DNA of 50,247 nt, filler included, from Bipalium vagum (taxonomy: Eukaryota): assembly GCA_037834085.1 (NCBI GenBank). It is 2 parts of 2 records of this genome, joined end to end, with 100 filler letters (N's around TTAATTAATTAA, not from the genome) between each part and the next. Parts side by side here need not be neighbours in the genome. Positions count along the whole stretch, not along the records: positions 21,828 to 50,247 come from JBBMKC010051438.1; 1 more part is not named here. One strand, 5' to 3'. Made by a program: the position numbers and the translations under genes. Each line of letters begins with the position of its first letter. The stretch's first letter is position 1. The notes under the pieces were generated by a model that ran no database searches, was not told the origin of the DNA, and saw only the letters and a program-made list of their open reading frames with translations. Below, one piece after another: positions 22,039 through 34,200 of the stretch.

Positions 22039-23518
22039 CACCCAGTCAAATAATTTTAGGCGCACTATAAAAATCAGCATAGACAAGAGAAAATAGAAAT
22101 TTATAATAAAACTAATAATATATTTACATTCTAATAATTATTTTATATCATTTATAAATGATTATAATTATTTTTAATGAAAAATATTAAGTCACCGTCC
22201 AATAATTTTAGGCGCAACGTGAAAATTTTATTATAAGAAACATTTTAAAACATTAATTGACATAGCGAAATTTTCCAGCAATAATTTAGGAATCTTATCG
22301 CAACATCTTAAAATAGCTTTTTTAAGTTGATCAACATCATAATACTGAGTCCCATTTGAATAAATCATTCTATTTAGATAGCCCCAAAGGTTTTCTATTG
22401 TAGATAGATCAGGTGATAAAGAAGGCCATGGTAAAACCTCGATGATTCTGTCTTTAAGCCATTGCATACTTGTTCGTGCAGTATGAGGTTTTGCTCCATC
22501 CTGCTGAAATATCGAATTTTCGCCACCAAATGCATTCTTAAATGGAAGGAAATGATTCTCCAAAACATCTTGATGTGCAAATTGATTCATGCTTTGAGAA
22601 ATAAAGGCCAATGAAGATTTCCCATGATAATTGAAGCAGCCCCAAATCATAACTGATCCTCCTTCATAATGACGATTTGAAAAAAAAGATTGTTCCTCTC
22701 TTAAAACATGCCAGTAAAACGAAAAACCATCTGGTCCATGAAAAAAAAATCTTTTTTCATCACTCCAGATGATTCTTTACCATCATGTATTATAATAAGC
22801 TTTCTCTTCTGCCCATTTCAGTCTTCGTTTCTTATGCTCCGAGTTAAGAACCGGTTTTTTCTTCATATGTCGTAATGAAATGTTCGGATTTTCATTCAAT
22901 ACTGTTCTTATTGACTCTCGACATTTCTAATTTAAATTACACTTAATCTGAGCTAAACTGATATTTTTTTTGGCTCGATTTATTGATTATTCTTCTTTTT
23001 AGTCTATCATTAATCTTCACTTTTGGACCCCTTTTTCCCTTTATTGACATCATACAAGCTTTACTCTTCAAATATGCTCTGATGGATTGTTCGGATCGGT
23101 TAATTTTCTTTGCAATGGACCTATTTGAAAGATTTTCACTATGAAAAGTGTCTATTTTACCTTTTTCATAATCTGATAGCAACTTTCTTTTTCCCATGTT
23201 ACTTAATTATTTTAAGGTATGTGGTTATTATGTTTGAAAACTTTAATTACCTTAATAAATTTTTTATCTGACTCTTTGGAAATGTATAATATCTAAAACA
23301 AATAAAGTTACATTAAGTGCGTCTTAAAATACTAGACACCTTATTTTCCTTATTCTGGCTTTGAATTTAATTTTCTTTAAATGTATTAATTTAAAATTTT
23401 TAAACAATTCGTTAATTTTGTTTAATAATATTAAATATTACGAAATTAATAGACTACATAACTTATTGTGCTTTGACAAAAAGTTTTATTTAAGTGTGCC
23501 TAGAATTATTAGACGGTG
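22039..23518 (-). mobile_element. Near full-length Tc1/Tc3-like DD34E transposon (~1.48 kb), frameshifted, with IR/DR ends
   Basis: TA on both flanks; terminal repeats CACC..GTC.AATAATT.TAGGC.CACT. Transposase runs 23197 to 22231 with SDEK, GPDG, MIWGCF, FQQDGAKPH and SPDLSTIENLW; 34 residues counted between the second D and E. Confidence 0.95.
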
Positions 23519-23881
23519 TATATCATTAATTATCAAATAAATTAATAATCAATTGGTAACTCTCAAGTGAAAGATTCAATTTCAAATAATATAGCATTTC
23601 AAATATCATTTCATTTATTTCAATTTCGTATAAAAAGAAGGAAAACTTGATTCCACAAGTCTTTCTATTTCAATCGTTGCTGAGTTTCTTTGGATGTCAT
23701 CTCATTTTATGAACTCATTATCGTTGAATATTTCAACACAAGTTCAATAATTCTTCAATAACTAAAATAAATGATTCTTTTTTTATTATATAACAAATGC
23801 CTTTTTGAGTTTTTAGTTATGAATTGCAGATAAATGTTTGTTCCAATTATATATTTGATTTTTAAACTTTAATATGATATA

Positions 23882-24457
23882 CAGGGTGCGAAAAATTTTT
23901 GGATGACTTATTTCAATGTAAAGATTTTATCAATACTTTATCTATATTATAGTATTTTTATATTGTTCGATACCTTTGTTTCTTGTCAAACCAGGCGTCA
24001 AAATTAACTGCAGTATTATGAAGACGAACTTTTTTTGAAGATATTAAAGTCATGGGCCAAAACACATTATTCCGGGAGAAATTGGATGTTTCAACAGGAC
24101 AGTGCACCGGCTCATATGGAACGAAAGACTATTGACTGTATCAAATCTCAGAAAATCGAATTCATTTTTCCCGCTAACTTCCCAGATATTCCAATCTGGG
24201 GTACCCTGAAATTCGAAGCCTTGTCTATTTCTTACCAAAGTTTAGATAATTTGAAATCAAAACTGATTAAGGAGTGGAACAATATTTCCGATGAGTCCCA
24301 AAACGCCTCAGAGCATTAAAGAAAATGGGAATAGTTTGAAATAAATTGTTATTGTGTTAAGATGTTAAATTTTAATTTTGTCAACAAATTGTTTAAAATC
24401 TTCGTTATTCTCGAAAAATTGGATTGCATACACATCCAAAACTTTTTCTGCACCAAG
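23882..24457 (+). mobile_element. Internally deleted maT/DD37D-like transposon (576 bp)
   Basis: TA-flanked TIRs CAGGGTGCGAAAAATTTTTGGATG and CATCCAAAACTTTTTCTGCACCAAG. PGVKIN and WMFQQDSAPAH motifs. Confidence 0.85.
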
Positions 24458-25088
24458 TATATTGAAATATCTAAGATTTCTCAAAAAGGTTAAATATTGA
24501 TATCACTGAAACCGATTAACTATTAATTAAATGATAAGTTAAAATCTTATAAAATTTGGTACTGTTTATCCTACGTATCCTGTGTGAAAAAATCGACCAA
24601 CCTGAATTGAGATATTATTTAAACTTATTATTTTTAAAACTAATGATATGAAAATTTTTTGCTAATAAAATAAAATTCATCAAGGTCTGTAATAAATACA
24701 ATCATTTCATATTCATTAAATATTAAGAATCAATTACCAGATTTTACATCTTGTTTATGATCACTAAAACTGCGTCAAGGTCAAGATTTTAAGATCATTT
24801 AGTTATCATTTGATTCTCATCTTTGAACGGTCTAATGGTTGTATTAATTTAATGTAAAACAAACCGACTTTGTGCAAATAAAATAAAAGTATCCAAGAAT
24901 CACTTCTTGCAAAATAAAGAAATTTAACTAACCATGAACTTAATTTTGATTGGCCAATTTTTTTACACGAGGTACATAATGTGAAATAGCATCCAGAATT
25001 TTAAGTTAAGATCTGATTAATTTATTTAAGATATTTTCGATTAATTTTTGAAATTGAAATATGAAAGTTAATAGTTGTTTTATGAAAG

Positions 25089-25833
25089 ATATCAAATAAA
25101 ATAATATATTCTGGAAGCAGTGATCATACAGTAAGATCCTGGGTAATTGACGGCGGCAATTCAACAAGAGTTTTCAGAGATCATGAACATACAATTAGCA
25201 GTGTTCGATTTTCTAATGGACTCTGTAATTAAATATTAATACATATTTTCACCTACAAGTTATTATTATTCTAGTATTTACTTCATGTGGTGATGGTATT
25301 GCTAGATGTTTTGATGCAAAAACAGGTGCTCTGAGAAGACGTTTCAAGGGTCACTGCTCGAGTATAAATTCATTTCAGGTGAGCATAAATTTTATTTAAT
25401 ACAATCTTTTATAAACCGATAAACATTCAAATTCACAAAAATTTATTTTTTCCTTTTAATTATAAAAACTGCATTTATCTAAAGTCATAAATCTAAATGT
25501 AAATAATTCTAAATTTGACATTTATCTGTATTTATATAAATGCTTGTACTAAAACATGAAATTTGTTTAATAATATTAAGACTTCTCATTTTTTTGTTGA
25601 TGAAAAATAATATTTAATTTATACATATCAAATTTTAGATTATAAAAGATAATCTCTATACTGTGTCTCATGATAGCACTCTCAGAATTTGGGATTTGAG
25701 AGACTTACAAAATGATACGGTAACTATTGTAGCCAATGCGTCGGTAAAGTCCAAATTAAAGGACCAAGAAAAGTCTTTAAAAGTGGTCCAAGTAGCATTT
25801 CAAAATGAAGCAGCTAGCTTTACAACAAAATAA
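25089..25833 (+). CDS. WDR86: WD repeat-containing protein 86-like, last three exons only (25089-25224, 25275-25378, 25639-25833)
   Basis: Spliced translation ISNKIIYSGSSDHTVRSW...LFTSCGDGIARCFDAKTGALRRRFKGHCSSINSFQIIKDNLYTVSHDSTLRIWDLRDL...* matches the recalled human WDR86 C-terminus (VYSGSADRTVKCW, LFTGSGDACARAFDAQSGELRRVFRGH, LYTASHDGALRLWD). GT-AG introns are in phase. Confidence 0.88.
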
Positions 25834-26029
25834 AGATTATTCTTGAATGAAAGTTATATGCATATCATTTTTACCATGTTTTAGCCTTGATCATCTATAT
25901 TTTTATAAAGATAATAGAGAATTTTATTATTTATAATCAAATTAATTAGTTCAATTTTGTTGACTTTGTTCTTTTTGTTAGCTAAGTTTAATGAAATCGA
26001 GTCATTCTTAAATTAGAGAAAAATAAACA

Positions 26030-27700
26030 GCTTACATGGGTAATTCTGCAGCGTCTGCCGTATAACTCTGTTGTTGCACCTTATGATAATAATTTTTCAA
26101 ATCGATACACCACTGGTTAGCTGGCAAGAGGTTTAGATCCTTTGAAGATGGTAAGCAGAGTTTTGATTACCTTTTCTACAGTAATACAACAGGATAATAA
26201 ATAAAGAATAGAAAATCTTGTATGTAAATGGAGACTTGTCATTGAAAATGATATATACTGTTTTTAATACATAAAATCTTTTTTATCTTCATATTTTAAA
26301 GTCAAAAAAGAAACAACCTAATACTTAAGGGTTAATCGTAACTTTGCCACAACTTTTAGATGAGTCAAAATATAAACTAGCTCCTTGATTTGTTTCTTTA
26401 AATCTTAAATTATCCATTTCCTTTTGCAATTTCTTTATTTCAAGATCTATCTTATATATTCTTTTTTATCTTTTTGAAAAGCTGCAAGACATCAAGCTAC
26501 TCATGTTGTTGCATCTAAATATTGCACTGAAAAATAGAAATAAAGGAATAACCCCTCTTCCATTTTCTTCTCTTTCTTTTTTAATTCGGCTTCATGAAAC
26601 AATATCTTCTCTCGCATGAAAACTATGATGTACTTCGGTTTGATTTTTTTCTTGAATTTTATTAATTATCTTTTTAGATAAATATTTCTTCTCTCTATTC
26701 TCTTCTATGAATTTTATTAGTATAAAAATTAATTAAATTTGGTAATAAATATAACCATTTTCTATTATCTGATTCTCTAAAATTTTTTTTAACATAACAT
26801 TCTTAAAATTTTTATTAAATCCTTCTCTTACAACAACTTAACCTTCATTTTAATGTTGAATTTACCCCTATTTCCCTATCATCACAATTTTTATTAACTT
26901 CTTATTAAAGAGTTCAGACCTGGTTTATGAGCCTTAAGAAGAGATTTTTCTTTAGCAACCAATGCGTTTTTATGCTTCCTTTTATTCTCTTTAAATATTT
27001 TTCCAAAACCACTAGTTACCGATATTTTTATATCTTTCAAGTGTATTGAAAAAGGAAATCTTGGATAACTGTTAAGATTATTTTTTATTCCTTTTCTCTC
27101 TGTATAAAGTTAAATTTTCACTCCAAATATCATATTTTCTTACATACTTTTAGTTTAAAATTTTCTTTTCTTCTAACTTCTTTCAGTCTTTTGCTAAGAT
27201 TTCTCTTATTTTAAGACAAAACTTTCAAACGTTTTTAACGTTTCCATATGAAGCTTTGTTGAATCTATAAATATGTTTTCTGTTATTGTAGATTTGAAAC
27301 CTTTTGGAATAAAAATTTTATTTGATTAAATGGGAAAGGTCAAAGCTGTTCAAAACTAACTTTACTCTTACCAGTTAATTTATTAAAGCTCTTCCTAGTT
27401 TAATCCACTGGAAGTTGATTTAAAATATTGTTCATTTCATTAATTTCATTTACACCTGCATTATTTTATTTATTAAATTTTTAATTGTATAGTGGGATTT
27501 TGTTAAATCTTTTGAAAAATATTTAACATCAAGTTTCATTGTTGTTTGATCAGTTCTGTTTGTGGAATTAAACCTTGTTTAGGAATTGAATTATATTCCA
27601 GATTTGCATTATAATTGTCTAGTCGATATCTGTTTCATGTCTTTAACGTCTACAATCCTGTACACATTTCTACACAAAATGTATTTAGAATTGTATAAAT
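26030..27700 (-). mobile_element. Possible ancient non-LTR retrotransposon remnant
   Basis: A-rich, coding-like minus strand with degenerate RT-like words in plausible order (CFFFDFK, TSGV, frameshifted YAD-like). Many stops. Confidence 0.35.
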
Positions 27701-28147
27701 TACATTTTACAAATGAAATTCCAATTTCTATTTATGTAGATTTTGAAGCTCATAATATTTTGGGGAAAATATATATAGATGAAGAAAAAAATGTAAAATA
27801 TTTTGGTGAATTCAAAATTTGAAGAATTATTTCAAATAAATATGGAAACTCAAATGACTGATGAAGTAAAATTAATTTTGAAGATTAAAATTCATGTCAT
27901 TATAATAGAAAAAAATTTTTTATAATAGAACTGAAAAGAAAATAAGAGATCATGATCATTTAAATGGAAACTTAGCTCATAAAATTTACTGATCTTTCAC
28001 TTTTGTCAAAACGTGTTCGCAAATGAATGAATCAAAACAGCTAAAAATGACACTTTATTTGGATTATCACAATTACAACCGCAATCACACAATCGTAAAA
28101 GGTAAATGTCTCAAAAAATGCTCAAAATCAAAAATAAAGTATATTAA

Positions 28148-29014
28148 CATGTGCCAATAAAGAAGATGCACAAAAAGAATGATGAAATACTATTCTTTAT
28201 AATAAATTTATTCAAACAATATTTCAAAGACATAAAATAACATTTTTCAAGAGAAAGTTGTCATTTTTTATAAAAGGCTAAAGCACCTCCATCTTCGATT
28301 TTGCGAATCTTTCTTTTGATATCAGAAATCATTGCTTCGACGTACTTCATAGACACACCTCTTTAAGATATCGCAGCCCATACCAATACCTTGATTTTGT
28401 AATGCATCACTCCAAGAAAAAGTAAAATATTTTTCATCATCTAGAATTATTTTGACATCCGAAGTGAAAAAATTTCTTCTAAAGGATCTGTATTTGTACA
28501 GTATATAATCCAATTGTTTCTCGGTATATTTTGGAACAAGAACACTTTTGTGATATTTGACTTTACATCTGAGCAAATGTTGACGCACAGTTTCTTTAGA
28601 AATGTGATATTTACGTCTAAGAACACGGTTGGATTGACCGATTTTGTCCTGCGTATCTTTTTGCAACTTGACCAGCTGCATGTCATTTAAAATCGGTGAC
28701 CTACCTGGTTTATTAACACAAATTCTTGTTTCGCCATTTTCATATCTCCGAAAAATGTAATAAAATGCGCGGCGATTTCTTTTTCTTTCAAAAAGTGTTC
28801 TAAAACATCACTTCTTGAGTGTCGTCCAAGCATGAAAAACACTCTTCTACGTAATTCATTTTGCTGAGAGACCATTATTAAATTTTAAATTTTCACTTAG
28901 TTTAATAAAGCCATATATAAAAAGGAATAACTTATTATTATTCAGAATTTTAAATTACTTGGTGCATATATAAAATACATCAACATTTTGGGCATCTACT
29001 TTATTGACACACTT
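28148..29014 (-). mobile_element. Internally deleted Tc1-superfamily element (DD37E-like)
   Basis: TIRs tgtgccaataaagaagatgcacaaaa and ttttgggcatctactttattgacaca. MVSQQNELRRRV, HTH region and IILDDEKYFTFS. The second D and E are deleted, so the subfamily is inferred. Confidence 0.8.
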
Positions 29015-29119
29015 TAATCAATCGATCAAATAATATAAATTAAATAAAACTTTCGATAAAATATCAATAAAATTATATGGTTATGTAAAGCAGAAAATTA
29101 AAAAGAAAAACAATGATAG

Positions 29120-29520
29120 TCTCATCGATCCTGTCTTCAACGGGTCCAAGGAGGTGTTTGATGAGCCCAATCCGGTTCGCTTAGAAACCCCCTAACAGCG
29201 CAGGACCCATTGTATGGTCCTGTCGCATAATGGAGAGCTTATCGAACTGTTTACCGAAATCTTTTGACAATTGGTTTCTGACGTTCTTTATAGTTCCTGA
29301 CTGTTCCAATAGCTTCTGACGTTTACAAAAGTTTCTGACACTTGCAACTAAATTTATAGCTCTAGTTTTCTGGCAATCCACTTCGGATTCCAACTCCTTT
29401 TGTACTATTCTGGTCAGATGAATAATCAGTCGTAGACCAGTTTGATTAATGGGGAATATCGATTCCTTTTTAGATCATAAATTTAATTGGTCCCACCATG
29501 TGGACACTGATCTAATCTTG
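29120..29520. mobile_element. Non-LTR retrotransposon fragments
   Basis: + strand LDHKFNWSHHVDT (~29469-29507) resembles the LD.KL.W..HV motif downstream of LINE RT. The adjacent minus-strand ORF end with a structured GC-rich tail resembles a LINE 3' end. Confidence 0.4.
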
Positions 29521-30879
29521 GCAATTTAGTTTCGTCATTATCAAGATTAGATCCTTTTTGGAAAATGATAAAATAATATTTTATTACTAATATTATTAAA
29601 AATAAAAATTGGACTTTTAAAATAATTATAATTATTATTTAAGTTTTGTTATTATTATTATTATTTTATCATTTCATTTCCGGTCATTTTGCGGTCTCAA
29701 TAACTAATTTATTTATATTACAAATACTGCAGACCTCTTTGAGGTGTTTAACAGATAATTTTTAACAAGAATTAAACGGGATGTATTCTTGGTTAACCCA
29801 GCATTATTAAAAGTTTTACAGTTCATTTCATTTATTTATCTGAAAAAATGAAAAAACATTACTTATTGGTATACAAAATAACCAAAAATGTCTTAAGATT
29901 ACAGTTGATAAAGAGAATTATTCAAAAAAAATTTTACTAAACAAGAAATATAAAATAAAATAAATATTAAAAGGAATGACAAATTGATCACAAATGTAAC
30001 TGTTAAATTATTAAATTGAATATAAATTAAATCGAATTAAATAATATTTACTTATCTTGTTTTTCATCATCAGAATTGGTTTTATCAAAATTTTGAATAT
30101 GCAGCGAACCCCATAAGATTAATGAAATTAAAATATATTCATCATTGAAAGATTAAGTTACGATTACATATCTACTTTTATCTACTTTTTATAATATAAT
30201 TTTCATGCTTGAAATGACAAATTTGTATAGTTATAAATAAAAGCTTAAAATTTTTAAAGAAAGTTAAATAATTTTCTTTAAAATTTCTAAACTTTTTCTA
30301 AAAGTAATGATAAATAGTTTAAAAAATAACCGAATCTTTTAATTATTAAATTTATTTTCTCTTTTATTAAAATTGTTTATCTAATTCCCTAAAACTCTAT
30401 TTTTAGGAAATTCAAATTTATAAATAAGGTATTTTTGATTTTAATTTATTTTTATTAAAAAAAATTAAACTAAATGTAAATCATTCTTAATCATTTATTG
30501 TATTTTTCACAGAATTATATATTATTATATAATTCCAAGATATCTTTGTGCACACATAACTTTAAGTTAAATGTTGTAACTGCAATTTAAATTGAACAAA
30601 TTTAATTTAATTTAAATATATTTAGTTCTATTTGTGTGTTGACTTGAGATATCGTTATATTATAATTTTTCATTGAAAATTAATATAAAAATGAAGAATA
30701 ATTTTGATTTTGAGATTCGAAATTATTAGTTCAATATATATATCACATAATAATTAATTAAAATTTTTTTGATATGCTGTTTTATTAGTAATTTAATTTT
30801 ATATTGATTACTTTGGAATATATTAGCTTTAATATTACTTTACTATGGTAACGAGATTTATCAAAATCTTCTTATGCTC

Positions 30880-31020
30880 ACATTTGAGTGCCAGAATCGA
30901 GTGATATGGATTTTTTCCTTCCCTGATCCAGATTTGGAGCGACGTGTGTCAAATTATTTGCTAACTTGTGTTGCTTGACACGCAAAGACACACAGACATT
31001 ATATTTTTCAATATTTTCTG
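30880..31020 (+). promoter_or_regulatory. Putative G-beta promoter or non-coding first exon region
   Basis: Locally GC-richer, non-repetitive tract 270-400 nt upstream of the ATG. A splice acceptor (gtttttcag, ending 31279) lies 9 nt before the ATG, implying an upstream exon. Confidence 0.3.
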
Positions 31021-31288
31021 AAAATTTAATTGCTTGTATCTATTTTCTCTATCTTCTAGATTTTTTGTCAAGAAAAATGGGTTTAACTCCTATTTCATTT
31101 ATTGATGTTTTCTCTAATATTATGAAAATAATTTTTGGATAAATTAGAATAAGTTCATTAGTTTAATTTTTGAATATTAGTATTTATCATTTCGGTAATA
31201 GGATATATCTTTTTCTTTTATGTAAGTTTGTCATTACGGTTTTAATTTATTTTTAAATGAGAAACATTTTGTTTTTCAGTAACACAAT

Positions 31289-34200
31289 ATGAGTGAACTT
31301 GATCAACTACGACAAGAAAGTGAGCAGTTAAAAAACCAAATTAGAGTATTTTTTTATTAAATTCCACAAGGTTGATAAAATATTTTTCCAAAGGAAGCTA
31401 GGAAGGCTGCAGCGGACACAACATTGGCACAAGCCACATCTAGCATTGAAGCTGTTGGTCGTATCCAAATGCGTACAAGAAGAACTTTAAGAGGTCATCT
31501 GGCGAAAATCTACGCTATGCACTGGTCTTCAGATTCTCGAAATTTGGTTTCTGCGTCACAAGATGGAAAATTAATTGTCTGGGACGGGTATTCTACCAAC
31601 AAAGTCCATGCAATCCCATTACGAAGCAGTTGGGTTATGACATGTGCCTATGCTCCATCAGGGAACTATGTGGCCTGTGGTGGTCTGGATAATATTTGCT
31701 CCATTTACAGCTTGAAAACGCGAGAAGGAAATGTCAGAGTGAGCAGAGAACTTCCAGGTCACACTGGGTATTTATCATGCTGTCGATTTATTGATGACAA
31801 TCAAATTGTCACAAGTTCCGGGGATGTTACTTGGTGATTAAGTAGTACTTATCACTAATTGTCTTATTAGCTTTGTTTAGTGGTCTTTGGGATATTGAAA
31901 CTGGTCAACAAGTTGCTACCTTTACTGGGCATACTGGTGATGTAATGAGTTTAAGCTTGGCTCCCGATATGCGTACTTTTGTTTCCGGCGCTTGTGATGC
32001 ATCAGCAAAAGTATTTGATAAAGATTGATTTATTTATATTGATTACTTTAATTATTGATTTTTGTTTTGTAACTCTAGACAAGTGAAAATTGTAAGAAAA
32101 TTTCTGTGAAATCATTCACAGACAAAAAACTAGGTCTCATTTAATAGTTTTTGAAATTAATCTATTTTTTTTAATATTAGAAAAATGGTTTTATTAAAAG
32201 GAGTGATTATAATAAATTTTTTTCTGGAGATATAATAATAATTTATTGGAATCGATAATCTTCATAGACAGTTTTTTATATTTTACATTTTTAAAAAATA
32301 TTCCATTGTCTCTTGATCATTTGAAATTTTTTATGTTTTTGATGAAACGATTAATAAATTAATATGGGAAAAATTAATAAAATCTATTTTGAGAAATTTT
32401 TATTTTGTTCATTTATCAATCCAGGGTTATGTGACTGATTTTGAGAATCATTCAATAAATCAATTTCGGTAAATAGCTATTTAATTACAGAAATTTAGGA
32501 GATAATGAGGTAGTTTTTGTTTTTTGGTTGTTTTAGGTTTTACCTTAATTGGGTTTGTGTATTGTACACAAAAAGATTTGTTAATGGACCTAACTGGAAA
32601 CTGATGAATCTCATTGTTGAGTATGAGAAGTAAAATTCTTTTAATGAATGATTACGATATTTTTAGTAGCAATTATGTTATAAATATAAAAAATTAATTA
32701 TTGATTATATAATACTTAATTTTGTCACAATAAAATGTCGATAATAGGGCTTTAGTAAACTCACAATGAACAATAAGATTTTAAAAATGAACAAATGTCG
32801 TACTTTATATAAATAGTTGTTAATTAAAAAATGATCTTAATTTTTTCAGCAATTGTATAAATTTCTAAATGCATCTTGAGTGAATTTAAATAGAAAATAT
32901 CCCTCGGGATGAAATTTTTATAAATTTTCTTTTTCTTGGAATTCGTCCAACTTTTCTGTCTTCTCATTTCATTCTTATTTTCCTCTCTAACATTATTCCA
33001 TGTTATTTGAAAATTCAATTTTCAAAATAGCATCTTAAAGCGTTTTTGTTTACTTGTGTCAATTCTTGTTTTGAATTTTCATCAATTTTATTTTTAATAT
33101 CCTTTATTTAACTCTTGATAATCGATAATTCTCGTCATTAGACCTTGTAATATTATATTCTGAATGTTGAATTTGAAATGTATATATGACATTAAAAAAA
33201 TTTATTTTATATAGATATAAATAAAATTCAAAACTCTTCTAATCTCTTCTATTTTTACCAATGAAGTAACATATTACAGGCAAAAGTTAATTTTTCAATC
33301 TATTGATGTGTTGAATGTGATGTTATTTTGTGTAATAAATGAATTTGGCTTTAAAAGTTTAAGAGCTTGATAAAACTTTATTCCTTGTTCATTCTATTTT
33401 TAATCTGACGTGATCATTGTTTTTTTTTTTAGATAAATTTGATATTTTTTAAAATTAATATTGATTCTCACTGCATTACTTTTGTTTGATTATCAGACTT
33501 GCCATTTATGTGAAGACACCAAACTAACAACGAAATTTTTTTTTCATAAAAATCAAAATTACTGATTTTTGGTATTTAAAAATATTTTTCATTCTCTCTT
33601 TAAAACCAAATAAAAAACACCTCATGTAATTTGTAACTACTAGTATTTTCATTTTTCATAATTTCTAAAACATCAAAGATGCGATCAAGCATTTTATTTT
33701 AGAAATTTTCTATTAATTGGTTTTTTTTCTTCCTTTTCTTTCGTTATTTTTTTAATTTACTAATTCAAATTCAAATTCGTTTCAAATATTTTGGAACTGA
33801 TATTAAAAATAAATTTATCTAATAAAATAAATTTTATACCAATGAATTTATATGAAAAAGTAAATTTATAAAAATAATAAAGTAATTATTAATTATCAGG
33901 AAGTTGAATATTGTTGAAGTCTTTTGTATTGATTGTTAATACAGTAAAACCTGCATAAATGAACACCTTTGTTAGCTGAACACCTCTTTTATTTGAACAT
34001 TTAATTCCGTACACTGTAAATAAAAGTTATTGTCACCTGTGTTAATTGAAAACCTGTATACTTTAAAATTTGAACACTCCATAATTTTAAAGCGTCAATT
34101 GAATGGCTTGAAGCTTTTCGAAATAGGCATAATACTTTATTTTTCAAAAACCGTGTAAAATTGAACAAAAGTGTAAACAGATGTGTAATGTAACCTGTAA

